Assembly: GCA_964016885.1 (NCBI GenBank)
Contig: OZ024740.1
Span: forward strand, 3,038,001 to 3,102,000
Length of the DNA stretch: 64,000 nucleotides
Direction: 5' to 3'
Source of the DNA: Eledone cirrhosa
Lineage: Eukaryota
Shown here: positions 1-15,000 of the stretch, piece after piece
How positions within the stretch are numbered: the first letter of the stretch is position 1
Layout of the letters: each line of letters starts with the position of its first letter
Notes under the pieces: generated by a model
What the model saw: the letters and a program-made list of their open reading frames with translations, nothing else
The model's database searches: none
What the model was told of the DNA's origin: nothing
Position numbers and translations under genes: made by a program

Positions 1-3000
1 CCAATACTACCAATCCACCACCCTAACATGGTGTCAGACCCTCTACCAATACTACCAATCCACCACCCTAACATGGTGTCAGACCCTCTACCAATACTAC
101 CAATCTAGCACCCTACAATGGTGTCAGACCCTCTACCAATACTGCCAATCCACCACCTACCATGGTGTCAGACCCTCTACCAATACTGCCAATCCAGCAC
201 CCTACCATGGTGTCAGACCCTCTACCAATACTGCCAATCAAGCACCCTACCATGGTGTCAGACCCACTACCAATACTGCCAATCCACCACCTACCATGGT
301 GTCAGACCCTCTACCAATACTGCCAATCCACCAGCTAACATGGTGTCAGACCCTCTACCAATACTACCAATCCACCACCTAACATGGTGTCAAACCCTCT
401 ACCAATACAACCAATCCCACACCCTAGCATGGTGTCAGACCCTCTACCAATACTGCCAATCCACCACCCTACGATGTGTCAGACCCTCTTCCAATACGGC
501 CCATTCACCACGTTATATGGTGTCAGACACTTTACCAATACTACCAATCCACCACCGTAAAATAATGTCAGACCCTATACCAATACTACCAATCCACCAC
601 CTACCATGTTGTCAGACACTCTACCAATAATACCAATCCACAACCCTAACATGGTGTCAGACCCTCTACCAATAATGCCAATCCACAACCCTAACATGGT
701 GTCAGACCCTCTACAAATACTACCTATCCACCACCAACCATGGCAACTGACGCTCTCCCAATACTGCTAATCCAGCACCATAACATGGTGTCTGACCCTC
801 TACAAATACTGCCAATCCACCACCCTACCATGGTGTCAGACCCTCTACCTATACTGCCAATCCACCACCCTAACATGACGTCAGACCTTCTACCTATACT
901 GCCAATCCACCACCCTCAGATGGTGTCAGAACCTCTACCAATACTGCCAATCCACCACGTACCATGTTGTCAGACCCTCTACTAATACTGCCAATCCACC
1001 ACCCTAACATGGTGTCAGACCCTCTACCAATACTACCAATCCACCACCCTGACATGGCGTCTGACCCTCTACATATACTGCCAATCCACCACCCTAACAT
1101 GGCATCAGACCCTCTACCAATACTGCCAATCAACCACCCTAACATGGTGTCATACCGTCTACCAATACTACCAATCCACCACCCTAACATGACGTCAGAC
1201 CCACTACCAATACTACCAATCAACCAACTAACACGGTGTCAGATCCTCTACTAATACTGCAAATCCACCACCCTAGCATGGCGTCTGACGCTCTACCAAT
1301 ACTGCCAATCCACCACCCTAACATGGTGTCAGACCCTCTACCAATACTGCCATTCCACCACCCTAGCATGGTGGCAGACCCTCTAGCAATACTACCAATC
1401 CACCATCTACCATGGTGTCAGGCCTCTAGCAATACTACCAATCCATCACCCTACCACGGTGTCAGACCCTCTACCAATACTGCCAATCCACCACCCTACC
1501 ATGGTGTCAGGCCCTCTACCAATACTGCCAATCCACCACCTACCATGGTGTCAAACCCTCTACCAATACTGACAATCCACCACCCTACTATGGTGTCAGA
1601 CCCTCTACCAATACTACCAATCCAACACATGCCATGGTGTCAGACCCTCTACCAATACTGCCAATCCACTACCCTACCATGGTGTCAGACCCTCTCCCAA
1701 TACTGCCAATCCAGCACCCTACCATGGTGTCAGACCCTCTACCAATACTGCCAATCCACCACCCTACCATGGTGTCAGACCCTCTACCAATACTGCCAAT
1801 CCACCACCTACCATGGTGTCAGACCCTCTACCAATACTGCCAATCCACCACTCTACCATGGTGTCAGACCCTCTACACATACTACCAATCCACCACCCTA
1901 ACATGGTGTTAGACCCTCTACCCATACTACCAATCCACCACCTTAACATGGTATCAGACCCTCTACCAATACTGCCAATCCACCACCTAACATGGTGTCA
2001 GACCCTCTACCAATACTAACAATCCACCATCCTAACATGGTGTCAGGCCCTCTACCAATACTGCCAATCCTACACCTAACATGGTGTCAGACCCTCTACC
2101 AATACTGCCAATCCACCATCTAACATGGTGTCAGACCCTCTACCTATACTACCAATCCACCACCCTACCACGGTGTCAGACCCTTTACCAATACTGCCAA
2201 TCCACCATCTAAAATGGTGTCAGACCCACTACCAATACTACCAATCCACCACCTACCATGGTGTCTTACCCTCTACCAATACTGCAAATCCACCACCCTA
2301 ACATGGTGTCAGACCCTCTAACAATACTCCCAATCCACCAACCTAACATGGTGTCAGACCCTCTACCAATTCTGCAAATCCACCACACTAAGATGGTGTC
2401 AGACCCTCTACCAATACTACCAATCCACCACCTACCATGGTGCCAGACCCTCTACCAATAATACCAATCCACCACCTACAATGGTGTCAGATCCTCTACC
2501 AATAATACCAATTCACCACACTAGCATGGTGTCTGACCCTCTACCAATACTGCCAATCCACCACCTACCATGGTGTCAGACCCTCTACCAATAATACCGA
2601 TCCACCACCTACCATGGTGTCTGACGCTCTACATATACTGCCAATCCACCACCCTACTGTGGTGTCAGACCCTCTACCAATACTACCAATCCACCACCTA
2701 ACATGGTGTCAGATCCTCTACCAATACTGCCAATCCACCACCCTAGCATGGTGTCAGACTCTCTATCAATACAACCTATCCACCACCTACCATGGTGTCA
2801 TACCGTCTACCTATACTGCCAATCCACCACATACCATGGTATCTGACCCTCTACCAATACTACCAATCCACCACATACCATGGTGTCAGACCCTCGACCA
2901 ATACTACCAATCCACCACCCTAGCATGGTGTCAGACCCTCTACCAATACTACCAATCCACCACCTACCATGGTGTCAGACCCTCTACCAATACTATCAAT

Positions 3001-6000
3001 CCACCACCCTAGCATGGTGTCAGACCCTCTACCAATACTACCAATCCACCACCTACCATGGTGTCAGACCCTCTACCAATACTATCAATCCACCACCTAG
3101 CCTGGCGTCTGACCCTCTACCAATACTGCTAATCCACCACCTACCATGGTGTCAGACCCTCTACCAATAATACCAATCCACCACCTACCATGGTGTCTGA
3201 TGCTCTACCTATATTGCCAATCCACCACCCTACTATGGTGTCAGACCCTCTACCAATACTACCAATCCACCACCTAACATGGTGTCAGACCCTCTACCAA
3301 TACTACCAATCCACCACCCTAACATGGCGCCTGACCCTCTACATATACTGCCAATCCACCACCCTAACATGGCATCAGACCCTCTACCAATACTGCCTAT
3401 CCACCACCCTAACATGGTGTCATACCGTCTACCAATACTGCCAATCCACCAGCCTAACATGGCGTCTGACCGTCTACCTATACTGCCAATCCACCACCCT
3501 AACATGACATCAGACCCTCTCCTAATACTACCAATCCACCACCTACCATGGTGTCAGACCCTTTACCAATACTGCCTATCCACCACCCTAACATGGCATC
3601 AGACCCTCTACCAATACTACCAATCCACCAACTAACACGGTGTCAGATCCTCTACCAATACTGCCAATCCACCACCCTAGCATCGCGTCTGATGCTCTAT
3701 CAATACTGCCAATCCACCACCCTAACATGGTGTCAGACCCTCTAGCAATACTACCAATCCACCACCTACCATGGTGTCAGGCCTCTAGCAATACTGCCAA
3801 TCCACCACCCTATCATGACGTCAGACCCTCTACCAATACTGCCAATCCACCACCCTACCATGGTGTCAGACCCTCTAGCAATACTACCAATCCACCACCT
3901 ACCATGGTGTCAGGCCTCTAGCAATACTGCCAATCCACCACCCTACCATGGTGTCAGACCCTCTACCAATACTGGCAATCCACCACCCTACCATGGTGTC
4001 AGACCCTCTACCAATACTACCAATCCACCACATACCATGGTGTCAGACCCTCTACCAATACTGCCTATCCACTACCCTACCATGGTGTCAGACCCTCTAC
4101 CAATACTGCCATCCTCCACCCTACCATGGTGTCAGACCCTCTACCAATACTGCCAATCCACCACCCTACCATGGTGTCAGACCCTCTACCAATACTACCA
4201 ATCCACCACCTAACATGGTGTCAGAACCTCTACCAATACTGCCAATCCACCACCTAGCATGGCGTCTGAACCTCTACCAATACTACCAATCTAGCACCCT
4301 ACAATGGTGTCAGACCCTCTGTCTATACTGCCAATCTAACAACTACCATGGTGTCAGACCCTCTACCAATACTACCAATCCACCACCCTAACATCACATC
4401 AGAACCTCTACCTATACTGCCAATCCAGCACCCTACCATGGTGTCAGACCCTCTACCAATACTGCCAATCCAGCACCCTACCATGGTGTCAGAACCTCTA
4501 GCAATACTAGCAATCCACCACCTACGATGGTGTCAGACCCTCTAACAATACTGCCAATCAAGCACCCTACCATGGTGTCAGACCCACTACCAATACTGCC
4601 AATCCACCACCTACCATGGTGTCAGACCCTCTACCAATACTGCCAATCCAGCACCCTACCATGGTGTCAGACCCTCTACCAATACTGCCAATCCACCAGC
4701 TAACATGGTGTCAGACCCTCTACCAATACTACCAATCCACCACCTAACATGGTGTCAGACTCTCTACCAATTCTGCCAATCCACCACCCTAACATGGTGT
4801 CAAACCCTCTACCAATACAACCAATCCCACACCCTAGCATGGTGTCAGACCCTCTACCAATACTGCCAATCCACCACCCTACGATGTGTCAGACCTTCCA
4901 ATACGGCCAATTCACCACGTTATATGGTGTCAGACACTTTACCAATACTAACAATCCACCACCTATCATGGCGTCTGACCCTCTACCAGTACTACCAATC
5001 CACCACCCTAAAATAATGTCAGACCCTCTACCAATACTACCAATCCACCACCTACAATGTTGTCAGACCCTCTACCAATACTGCCAATCCACCAACTAAC
5101 ACGGTGTCAGATCCTCTACCAATACTGCCAATCCACCACCCTAGCATGGTGTCAGACCCTCCAGCAATACTACCAACCCACCACCTACTATGGTGTCAGA
5201 CCCTCTACCTATACTTCCAATCCACCACCCTACTATCGTGTCAGACCCTCTACCAATACTACCAATCCACCACCTAACATGGTGTCAGATCCTCTACCAA
5301 TACTGCCAATCCACCACCCTAGCATGGTGTCAGACCCTCTACCAATACTACCTATCCACCACCTACCATGGTGTCAGACCCTCTACCAATACTACCAATC
5401 CACCACCTTCCATGTTGTCAGACCCTCTACCAATACTACGAATCCACCACCTACCATGGTGTCAGACCCTCTACCAATACTACCAATCCACCACCCTAAC
5501 TTGGTGTCAGACACCCTACCAATTCTGCAAATCCACCACCCTACCATGGTGTCAGACCCTCTACCTATACTACCAATCCACCACGCTAACATAGTGTCAG
5601 ACACTCTACCAATACTGCCAATCCACCACCTAACATGGTGTCTAACCCTCTACCAATACTACAAATCCACCAACCTAACATGGTGTCAGAACCTCTACCA
5701 ATACTGCCAATCCACCACCTACCATGGTGTCAGACCCTCTACCAATACTGCCAACACACCACCTAGCATGGTGTCAGACCCTCTACCAATACTGCCAATC
5801 CACCACCTAGAATGGTGTCAGACCCTCTATCAGTACTACCAATCCACACCCTAACATGGTGTCAGACCCTCTACCAATACTGCCAATCCACCACCTAACA
5901 TGGTGTCAGACCCTCTACCAATACTGCCAATCCACCACCTAGCATGGTGTCAGACCATCTACCAATACTACCAATCCACCACCCTAGCATGCTGTCAGAC

Positions 6001-9000
6001 CCTCTACCAATAATACCAATCCACCACCTACCATGGTGTCTGACCCTCTACGTATACTGCCAATCCACCACCCTACTATGGTGTCAGACCCTCTACCAAT
6101 ACTACCAATCCACCACCTAACATGGTGTCAGATGCTCTACCAATACTGCCAATCCACCACCCTAACATGGTGTCTAACCCTCTACCTATACTAACAATCC
6201 ACCACCTTAACATGGTATCAGACCCTCTACCAATAATGCCAATCCACCATCTAACATGGTGTCAGAACCTCTACCTATACTACCAATCCACCACCCTACC
6301 ACGGTGTCAGACACTCTACCAATACTGCCAATCCACCATCTAAAATGGTGTCAGACCCTCTACCAATAATACCAATCCACCACCTACCATGGTGTCTAAC
6401 CCACTACCAATACTGCAAATCCACCACCCTAACATGGTGTCTAACCCTCTACCTATACTAACAATCCACCACCTTAACATGGTGTCAGACCCTCTACAAA
6501 TACTGCCAATCCACCAACCTAACATGGTGTCAGACCCCCTACCAATCCTGCAAATCCACCACCCTAAGATTGTGTCAGACCCTCTACGAATACTACCAAT
6601 CCACCACCTAACATGGTGTCAGACCCTCTACCAATACTGCCAATCCACCAGCCTAACATGGCGTCTGACCCTCTACCTATACTGCCAATCCACCACCCTA
6701 ACATGACATCAGACCCTCTCCTAATACTACCAATCCACCACCTACCATGGTGTCAGACCCTCTACCAATACTGCCTATCCACCACCCTAACATGACGTCA
6801 GACCCTCTACCAATACTACCAATCCACCAACTAACACGGTGTCAGATCCTCTACCAATACTGCAAATCCACCACCCTAGCATGGCGTCTGACGCTCAACC
6901 AATACTGCCAATCCACCACCCTAACATGGTGTCAGACCCTCTACCAATACTGCCAATCCACCACCCTAGCATGGTGGCAGACCCTTTAGCAATACTACCA
7001 ATCCACCACCTACCATGGTGTCAGGCCTCTAGCAATACTGCCAATCCACCACCCTAACATGACGTCAGACCCTCTACCAATACTGCCAATCCACCACCCT
7101 ACCATGGTGTCAGGCCCTCTACCAATACTGCCAATCCACCACCTACCATGGTGTCAAGCCCTCTACCAATACTGCCAATCCACCACCCTACTATGGTGTC
7201 AGACCCTCTACCAATACTACCAATCCACCACATACCATGGTGTCAGACCCTTTGCCAATACTGCCAATCCACTACCCTACCATGGTGTCAGACCCTCTAC
7301 CAATACTGCCAAACCACAACCCTACCATGGTGTCAGACCCTCTACCAATACTGCCAATCCCCCACCCTACCATGGTGTCAGACCCTCTACCAATACTGCC
7401 AATCCACCAACTAACATGGTGTCAGAACCTCTACCAATACTGCCAATGCACCACCTAGCATGGTGTCAGACCCTCTACCAATACTACCAATCCACCACCC
7501 TACCAACCTGTCAGACGCTCTACCAATACTACCAATGCACCACCCTAACATGGTGTCAGACCCTCTACCCATACTACCAATCCACCACCTTAACATGGTA
7601 TCAGGCCCTCTACCAATACTGCCAATCCACCACCTAACATGGTGTCAGACCCTCTACCAATACTACCAATCCACCACCCTAACATGGTGTCAGGCCCTCT
7701 ACCAATACTGCCAATCCACCATTTAAAATGGTGTCAGACCCTCTACCAATACTACCAATCCACCACCTACCATGGTGTCTAACCCTCTACCAATACTGCA
7801 AATCCACCACCCTAACATGGTGTCAGACCCTCTACCAATACTGCCAATCCACCAACCTAACATTGTGTCAGACCCTCTACCAATTCTGAAAATCCACCAC
7901 CCTAAGATGGTGTCGACCCTCTATAATACTACCAATCCACCACCTACCATGGTGTCAGACCCTCTACCAATGATACCAATCCACCACCCTACCATGGTGT
8001 CAGACCCTCTACCATTAATACCAATCCACCACCCTAGCATGGTGTCTGAACCTCTACCAATACTGCCAATCCACCACCTACCATGGTGTCAGACCCTCTA
8101 CCAATACTACCAATCCACCACCTACCATGGTGTCAGACCCTCTACCAATACTGCCAATCCACCACCTACCATGGTGTCAGACCCTCTACCAATACTACCA
8201 ATCCACCACCTACCATGGTGTCAGACCCTCTACCAATACTATCAATCCACCACCTAACATGTTGTCAGATCCTCTACCAATACTACCAATCCACCACGTA
8301 ACATGGTGTCAGATCCTCTACCAATACTGCCAATCCACCACCCTACAATGGTGTCAGACCCTCTACCTATACTACCAATCCACCACCCTAACATGGTATC
8401 ATACCCTCTACCAATACTGCCAATCCACCACCCTAGCATGGTGTCAGACCCTCTATCAATACTGCCTATCCACCACCCTAACATGACGTCAGACCCTCTA
8501 CCAATACTGCCAATCCACCACCCTACAATGGTGTCAGACCCTCTACCAATAATACCAATCCACCACCTACCATGGTGTCAGACCCTTTACCAATAATACC
8601 AATCCACCACCCTAACATGGTGTCAGACCCTCTACCAATAATACCAATCCACCACCTACCATGGTGTCTGACCCTCTACCTATACTGCCAATCCACCACC
8701 CTAACATGGCGTCAGACCCTCTACCAATACTGCCAATCCACCACCTACCATGGTGTCAGACCCTCTACCTATACTGCCAATCCACCACCCTAACATGATG
8801 TCAGAACTTCTACCAATACTGCCAATCCACCACCCTCAGATGGTGTCAGAACCTCTACCAATACTGCCAATCCACCACGTACCATGTTGTCAGACCCTCT
8901 ACCAATACTGGCAATCCACCACGTACCATGTTGTCAGACCCTCTACCAATACTGGCAATCCACCACCCTAACATGGTGTCAGACCCTCTACCAATACTGG

Positions 9001-12000
9001 CAATCCACCACCCTAACATGGCATCAGAACCTCTACCAATACTGCCAATCCACCACCCTAACATGGTGTCATACCGTCTACCAATACTGCCAATCCACCA
9101 GCCTAACATGGCGTCTGACCCTCTACCTATACTGCTATCCACCACCCTAACATGACATCAGACCCTCTCCTAATACTACCAATCCACCACCTAACATGGT
9201 GTCAGACCCTCTAACAATACTGCAAATCCACCACGCTAGCATGGCGTATGTCGCTCAACCAATACTGCCAATCCACCACCCTAACATGGTGTCAGACCCT
9301 CTACCAATACTGCCAATCCACCACCCTAGCATGGTGGCAGACCCTCTAGCAATACTACCAATCCACCATCTACCATGGTGTCAGGCCTCTAGCAATACTG
9401 CCAATCTACCACCCTAACATGACGTCAGACCCTCTACCAATACTGCCAATCCACCACCCTACCATGGTGTCAGGCCCTCTACCAATACTGCCAATCCACC
9501 ACCTACCATGGTGTCAAGCCCTCTACCAATACTGCCAATCCACCACCCTACTATGGTGTCAGACCCTCTACCAATACTACCAATCCACCACATACCATGG
9601 TGTCAGACCCTTTGCCAATACTGCCAATCCACTACCCTACCATGGTGTCAGACCCTCTACCAATACTGCCAATCCACAACCCTACCATGGTGTCAGACCC
9701 TCTACCAATACTGCCAATCCCCCACCCTACCATGGTGTCAGACCCTCTACCAATACTGCCAATACACCAACTAACATGGTGTCAGACCCTCTACCAATAC
9801 TGCCAATCCACCACCTAGCATGGTGTCAGACCCTCTACCAATACTACCAATCAACCACCCTACCAACCTGTCGGACCCTCTACCAATACTACCAATCCAC
9901 CACCCTAACATGGTGTCAGACCCTCTACCCATACTACCAATCCACCACCTTAACATGGTATCAGGCCCTCTACCAATACTGCCAATCCACCACCTAACAT
10001 GGTGTCAGACCCTCTACCAATACTACCAATCCACCACCCTAACATGGTGTCAGGCCCTCTACCAATACTGCCAATCCACCATCTAAAATGGTGTCAGACC
10101 CTCTACCAATACTACCAATCCACCACCTACCATGGTGTCTAACCCTCTACCAATACTGCAAACCCACCACCCTAACATGGTGTCAGACCCTCTACCAATA
10201 CTGCCAATCCACCAACCTAACATTGTGTCAAACCCTCTACCAATTCTGAAAATCCACCACCCTAAGATGGTGTCGACCCTCTATAATACTACCAATCCAC
10301 CACCTACCATGGTGCCAGACCCTCTACCAATGATACCAATCCACCACCTACCATGGTGTCAGACCCTCTACCAATGATACCAATCCACCACCTACCATGG
10401 TGTCAGACCCTCTACCAATACTACCAATCCACCACCTACCATGGTGTCAGACCCTCTACCAATACTACCAATCCACCACCTACCATGGTGTCAGATCCTC
10501 TACCAATACTACCAATCCACCACGTAACATGGTGTCAGATCCTCTACCAATACTACCAATCCACCACCTACCATGGTGTCAGACCCTCTACCAATACTGC
10601 CAATCCACCACCCTACAATGGTGTCAGACCCTCTACCTATACTACCAATCCACCACCCTAACATGGTGTCAGACCCTCTACCAATAATACCAATCCACCA
10701 CCTACCATGGTGTCAGACCCTTTACCAATAATACCAATCCACCACCCTAACATGGTGTCAGACCCTCTACCAATAATACCAATCCACCACCTACCATGGT
10801 GTCTGACCCTCTACCTATACTGCCAATCCAGCACCCTAACATGGCATCAGACCCTCTACCAATACTGCCAATCCACCACCTACCATGGTGTCAGACCCTC
10901 TACCTATACTGCCAATCCACCACCTACCATGGTGTCAGGCCTCTAGCAATACTTCCAATCCACCACCCTAACATGGTGTCAGACCCTCTATCAATACTGC
11001 CAATCCACCACCTACCATGGTGTCAGGCCTCTAGCAATACTTCCAATCCACCACCCTAACATGACGTCAGACCCTCTACCAATACTGCCAATCCACCACC
11101 CTACCATGGTGTCAAGCCCTCTACCAATACTGCCAATCCACCACCCAAACTATGGTGTCAGACCCTCTACCAATACTACCAATCCACCACATACCTTGGT
11201 GTCAGACCCTCTACCAATACTGCCAATCCACTGCCCTACCATGGTGTCAGACCCTCTACCAATACTGCCAATCCTCCACCCTACCATGGTGTCTGACGCA
11301 CTACCTATACTGCCAATCCACCACCCTACTATGGTGTCAGACCCTCTACCAATACTACCAATCCACCACCTAACATGGTGTCAGATCCTCTACCAATACT
11401 ACCAATCCACCACGCTAACATGGTGTCAGACCCTCTACCAATACTACCAATCCACCACCTAACATGGTGTCAGATCCTCTACCAATACTACCAATCCACC
11501 ACCCTACCATGGTGTCAGACCCTCTACCCATACTGCCAATCCCCCACACAAACTATGGTGTCAGACCCTCTACCAATACTACCAATCCACCACATACCAT
11601 GGTGTCAGACCCTCTAACAATACTGCCAATCCACTACCGTACCATGGTGTCAGACCCTCTACCAATACTGCCAATCCACCACACAAACTATGGTGTCAGA
11701 CCCTCTACCCATACTACCAATCCACCACCCTAACATGGTGTCAGACCCTTTACCAATACTAACAATCCACCACCTAGCATGGCGTCTGAACCTCTACCAA
11801 TACTGCCAATCCACCACCTACCATGGTGTCAGACCCTCTAAAAATACTACCAATCCACCACCCTAACATGGTGTCAGACCCTCTACCAATACTACCAATC
11901 CACCACCTACCATGGTGTCAGTCCCTCTACCAATACTGCCAATCCACCACCCTACCATGGTGTGGAACCCACTACCAATACTACCAATCCACAACCTAAC

Positions 12001-15000
12001 ATGGTGTCAGACCCTCTACCAATACTGCCAATCCACCACCTAACATGGTGTCAGACCCTCTACCAATACTGCCAATCCACCACCTAACATGGTGTCAGAC
12101 CCTCTACCGAAACTACCAATCCACCACCTACCATGGTGTCAGACCCTCTACCGAAACTACCAATCCACCACCTAACATGGTGCCAGACCCTCTACCAATA
12201 CTGCCAATCCACCACCCTAACATGGTGTCAGACCCTCTACCAATACTACCAATCCACCACCCTAACATGGTGTCAGACCCTCTACCAATACTACCAATCC
12301 ACCACCTACCATGGTGTCAGACCCTCTACCGAAACTACCAATCCACCACCTAACATGGTGTCAGACCCTCTACCAATACTGCCAATCCACCACCCTAACA
12401 TGGTGTCAGACCCTCTACCAATACTACCAATCCACCACCTCCCATGGTGTCAGACCCTCTACCAATACTGCCAATCCACCACCATAACTGGTGTCAGACC
12501 CTCTACCAATAGTACCAATCCACCACCTACCATGCTGTCAGACACTCTACCTATACTACCAATCCACCACCCTAACATGGTGTCAGACCCTCTACATATA
12601 CTACCAATCCACCACCTAACATGGTGTCTGACTCTCTACCAATAGTACCAAATCACCACCTACCATGGTGTCTGACCCTCTACCAATACTGCCAATCCAC
12701 CACCCTAACATGGCGTCAGACCCTCTACCAATACTGCCAATCCACCACCCTAGCATGGTGTCAGACCCTCTACCAATACTGCCAATCCACCACCCTAACA
12801 TGCCGTCAGACCCTCTACCAAACTGCCAATCCACCACCCTAGCATGGTGTCAGACCCTCTACCAATACTACCAATCCAACATCCTAACATGGTGTCAGAC
12901 CCTCTACCAATACTGCCAATCCACCACCTAACATGGTGTCAGACCATCTACCAATACTACCAATCCACCACTCTAACATGGCGTCTGACCCTCTACCTAT
13001 ACTACCAATCCACCACCTCACATAGTGTCATACCCTCTACCTATACTACCTATCCACCACCTAATATGGTGTCAGACGCTCGACCAATAATACCAATCCA
13101 CAACCCTAACATGGTGTCAGACCCTCTACCAATACTGCCAATCCACAACCTAATATGGTGTCAGACCCTCTACCAATACTGCCAATCCACCACCCTAACT
13201 TGGTGTCAGACACTCTATCAATACTACCAATCCACCACCCTAACATGGCGTCAGACCCTCTACCTATACTACCAATCCACCACCTTAACATGGCGTCAGA
13301 CCCTCTACCAATACTACCAATCCACCACTTAACATGGTGTCAGACCCTCTACCAATACTGCCAATCCACCACCCTAACATGGTGTAAGACCCTCTACCAA
13401 TACTGCCAATCCACCACCCTACCATGGTGTCAGACCCTCTACCAATACTGCCAATCTACCACGTAACATGGTGTCAGACCCTCTACCAATACTGCCAATC
13501 CACCACCTACCATGGTGTCAGACCCTCTACCAATACTGCCAATCAACCACCTAACATGGTGTCAGACCGTCTACCAATACTACCAATCAACTATCCTACC
13601 ATAGTGTCAGTCCCTCGACCAATACTGCCAATCTACCACCTAACATGGTGTGAGAGCCTCTACCAATACATCCAATCCACCACCTAACATGGTGTCAGAC
13701 CCTCGACCAATACTGCCAATCTACCACCTAACACGGTATCAGACCCTCTAACAATACTACCAATCCACCCCCTAACATGGTGTGAGACCCTCTACCAATA
13801 GTGCCAATCCCCCACCTAACATTGTGTCAGACCCTCTACCAATACTGCCAATCCACCACCCTAGCATGGTGTCAGACCCTCTACCAATACTACCTATCCA
13901 CCACCCTAGCATGGTGTCAGACCCTCTACCAATACTACCAATCCACCACCCTGAAATGGTGTCAGACCCTCTACCAATACTACCAATCCACTACCATGGT
14001 GTCAGACCCTCTACCAATACTTCCAATCCACCACCTAACATTGTATCAGACCCTCTATCAATACTACCAATCCACCAACCTAGCATGGTGTCAGACCTTC
14101 TACCAATACTACCTATCCACCACCTAACATGGTGTCAGACCCTCTACCAATACTGCCAATCCACCACCTAACATGGTGTAAGACCCTCTACCGATACTAC
14201 CAATCCACCACCTAACATGGTGTCAGACCCTCTACCAATACTGCCAATCCACCACCCTAACATGGTGTCAGACCCTCTACCAATACTGCCAATCTACCAC
14301 CTAGCATGGTGTCAGACCCTCTACCAATACTACCAATCCACCACCCTACCATGTTGTCAGACCCTCTACCAATACTACCAATCCACCACCCTACCATGGT
14401 GTCAGACCCTCTACCAATACTGCCAATCCACCACCTAGCATAATGTCAGAGCCTCTACCAATACTACCAATCCACCACCCTACCATGGTGTCAGACCCTC
14501 TACCAATACTGCCAAGACACCACCTAACATGGTGTCAGACCCTCTACCGATACTACCAATCCACCACCTAACATGGTGTCAGACCCTCTACCAATACTGC
14601 CAATCCACCACCCTAGCATGGTGTCAGACCCTCTACCAATACTACCTATCCACCACCCTAGAATGGTGTCAGACCCTCTACCAATACTACCAATCCACTA
14701 CCATTGTGTCAGACCCTCTACCAATACTTCCAAACCACAACCTAACATGGTGTCAGACCCTCTACCAATACTACCAATCCACCACCCTACCATGGTGTCA
14801 GACCCTCTACCAATACTGCCAATCCACCACCCTAGCATGGTGTCAGACCCTCTACCAATACTACATATCAACCACCCTACCATGGTGTCAGACCCTCTAC
14901 CAATACTACCAATCCACGATCTAACATGGTGTCAGACCCTCTACCAATACTACCAATCCACCACCTAACATGGTGTCAGACCCTCTACCAATACTGCCAA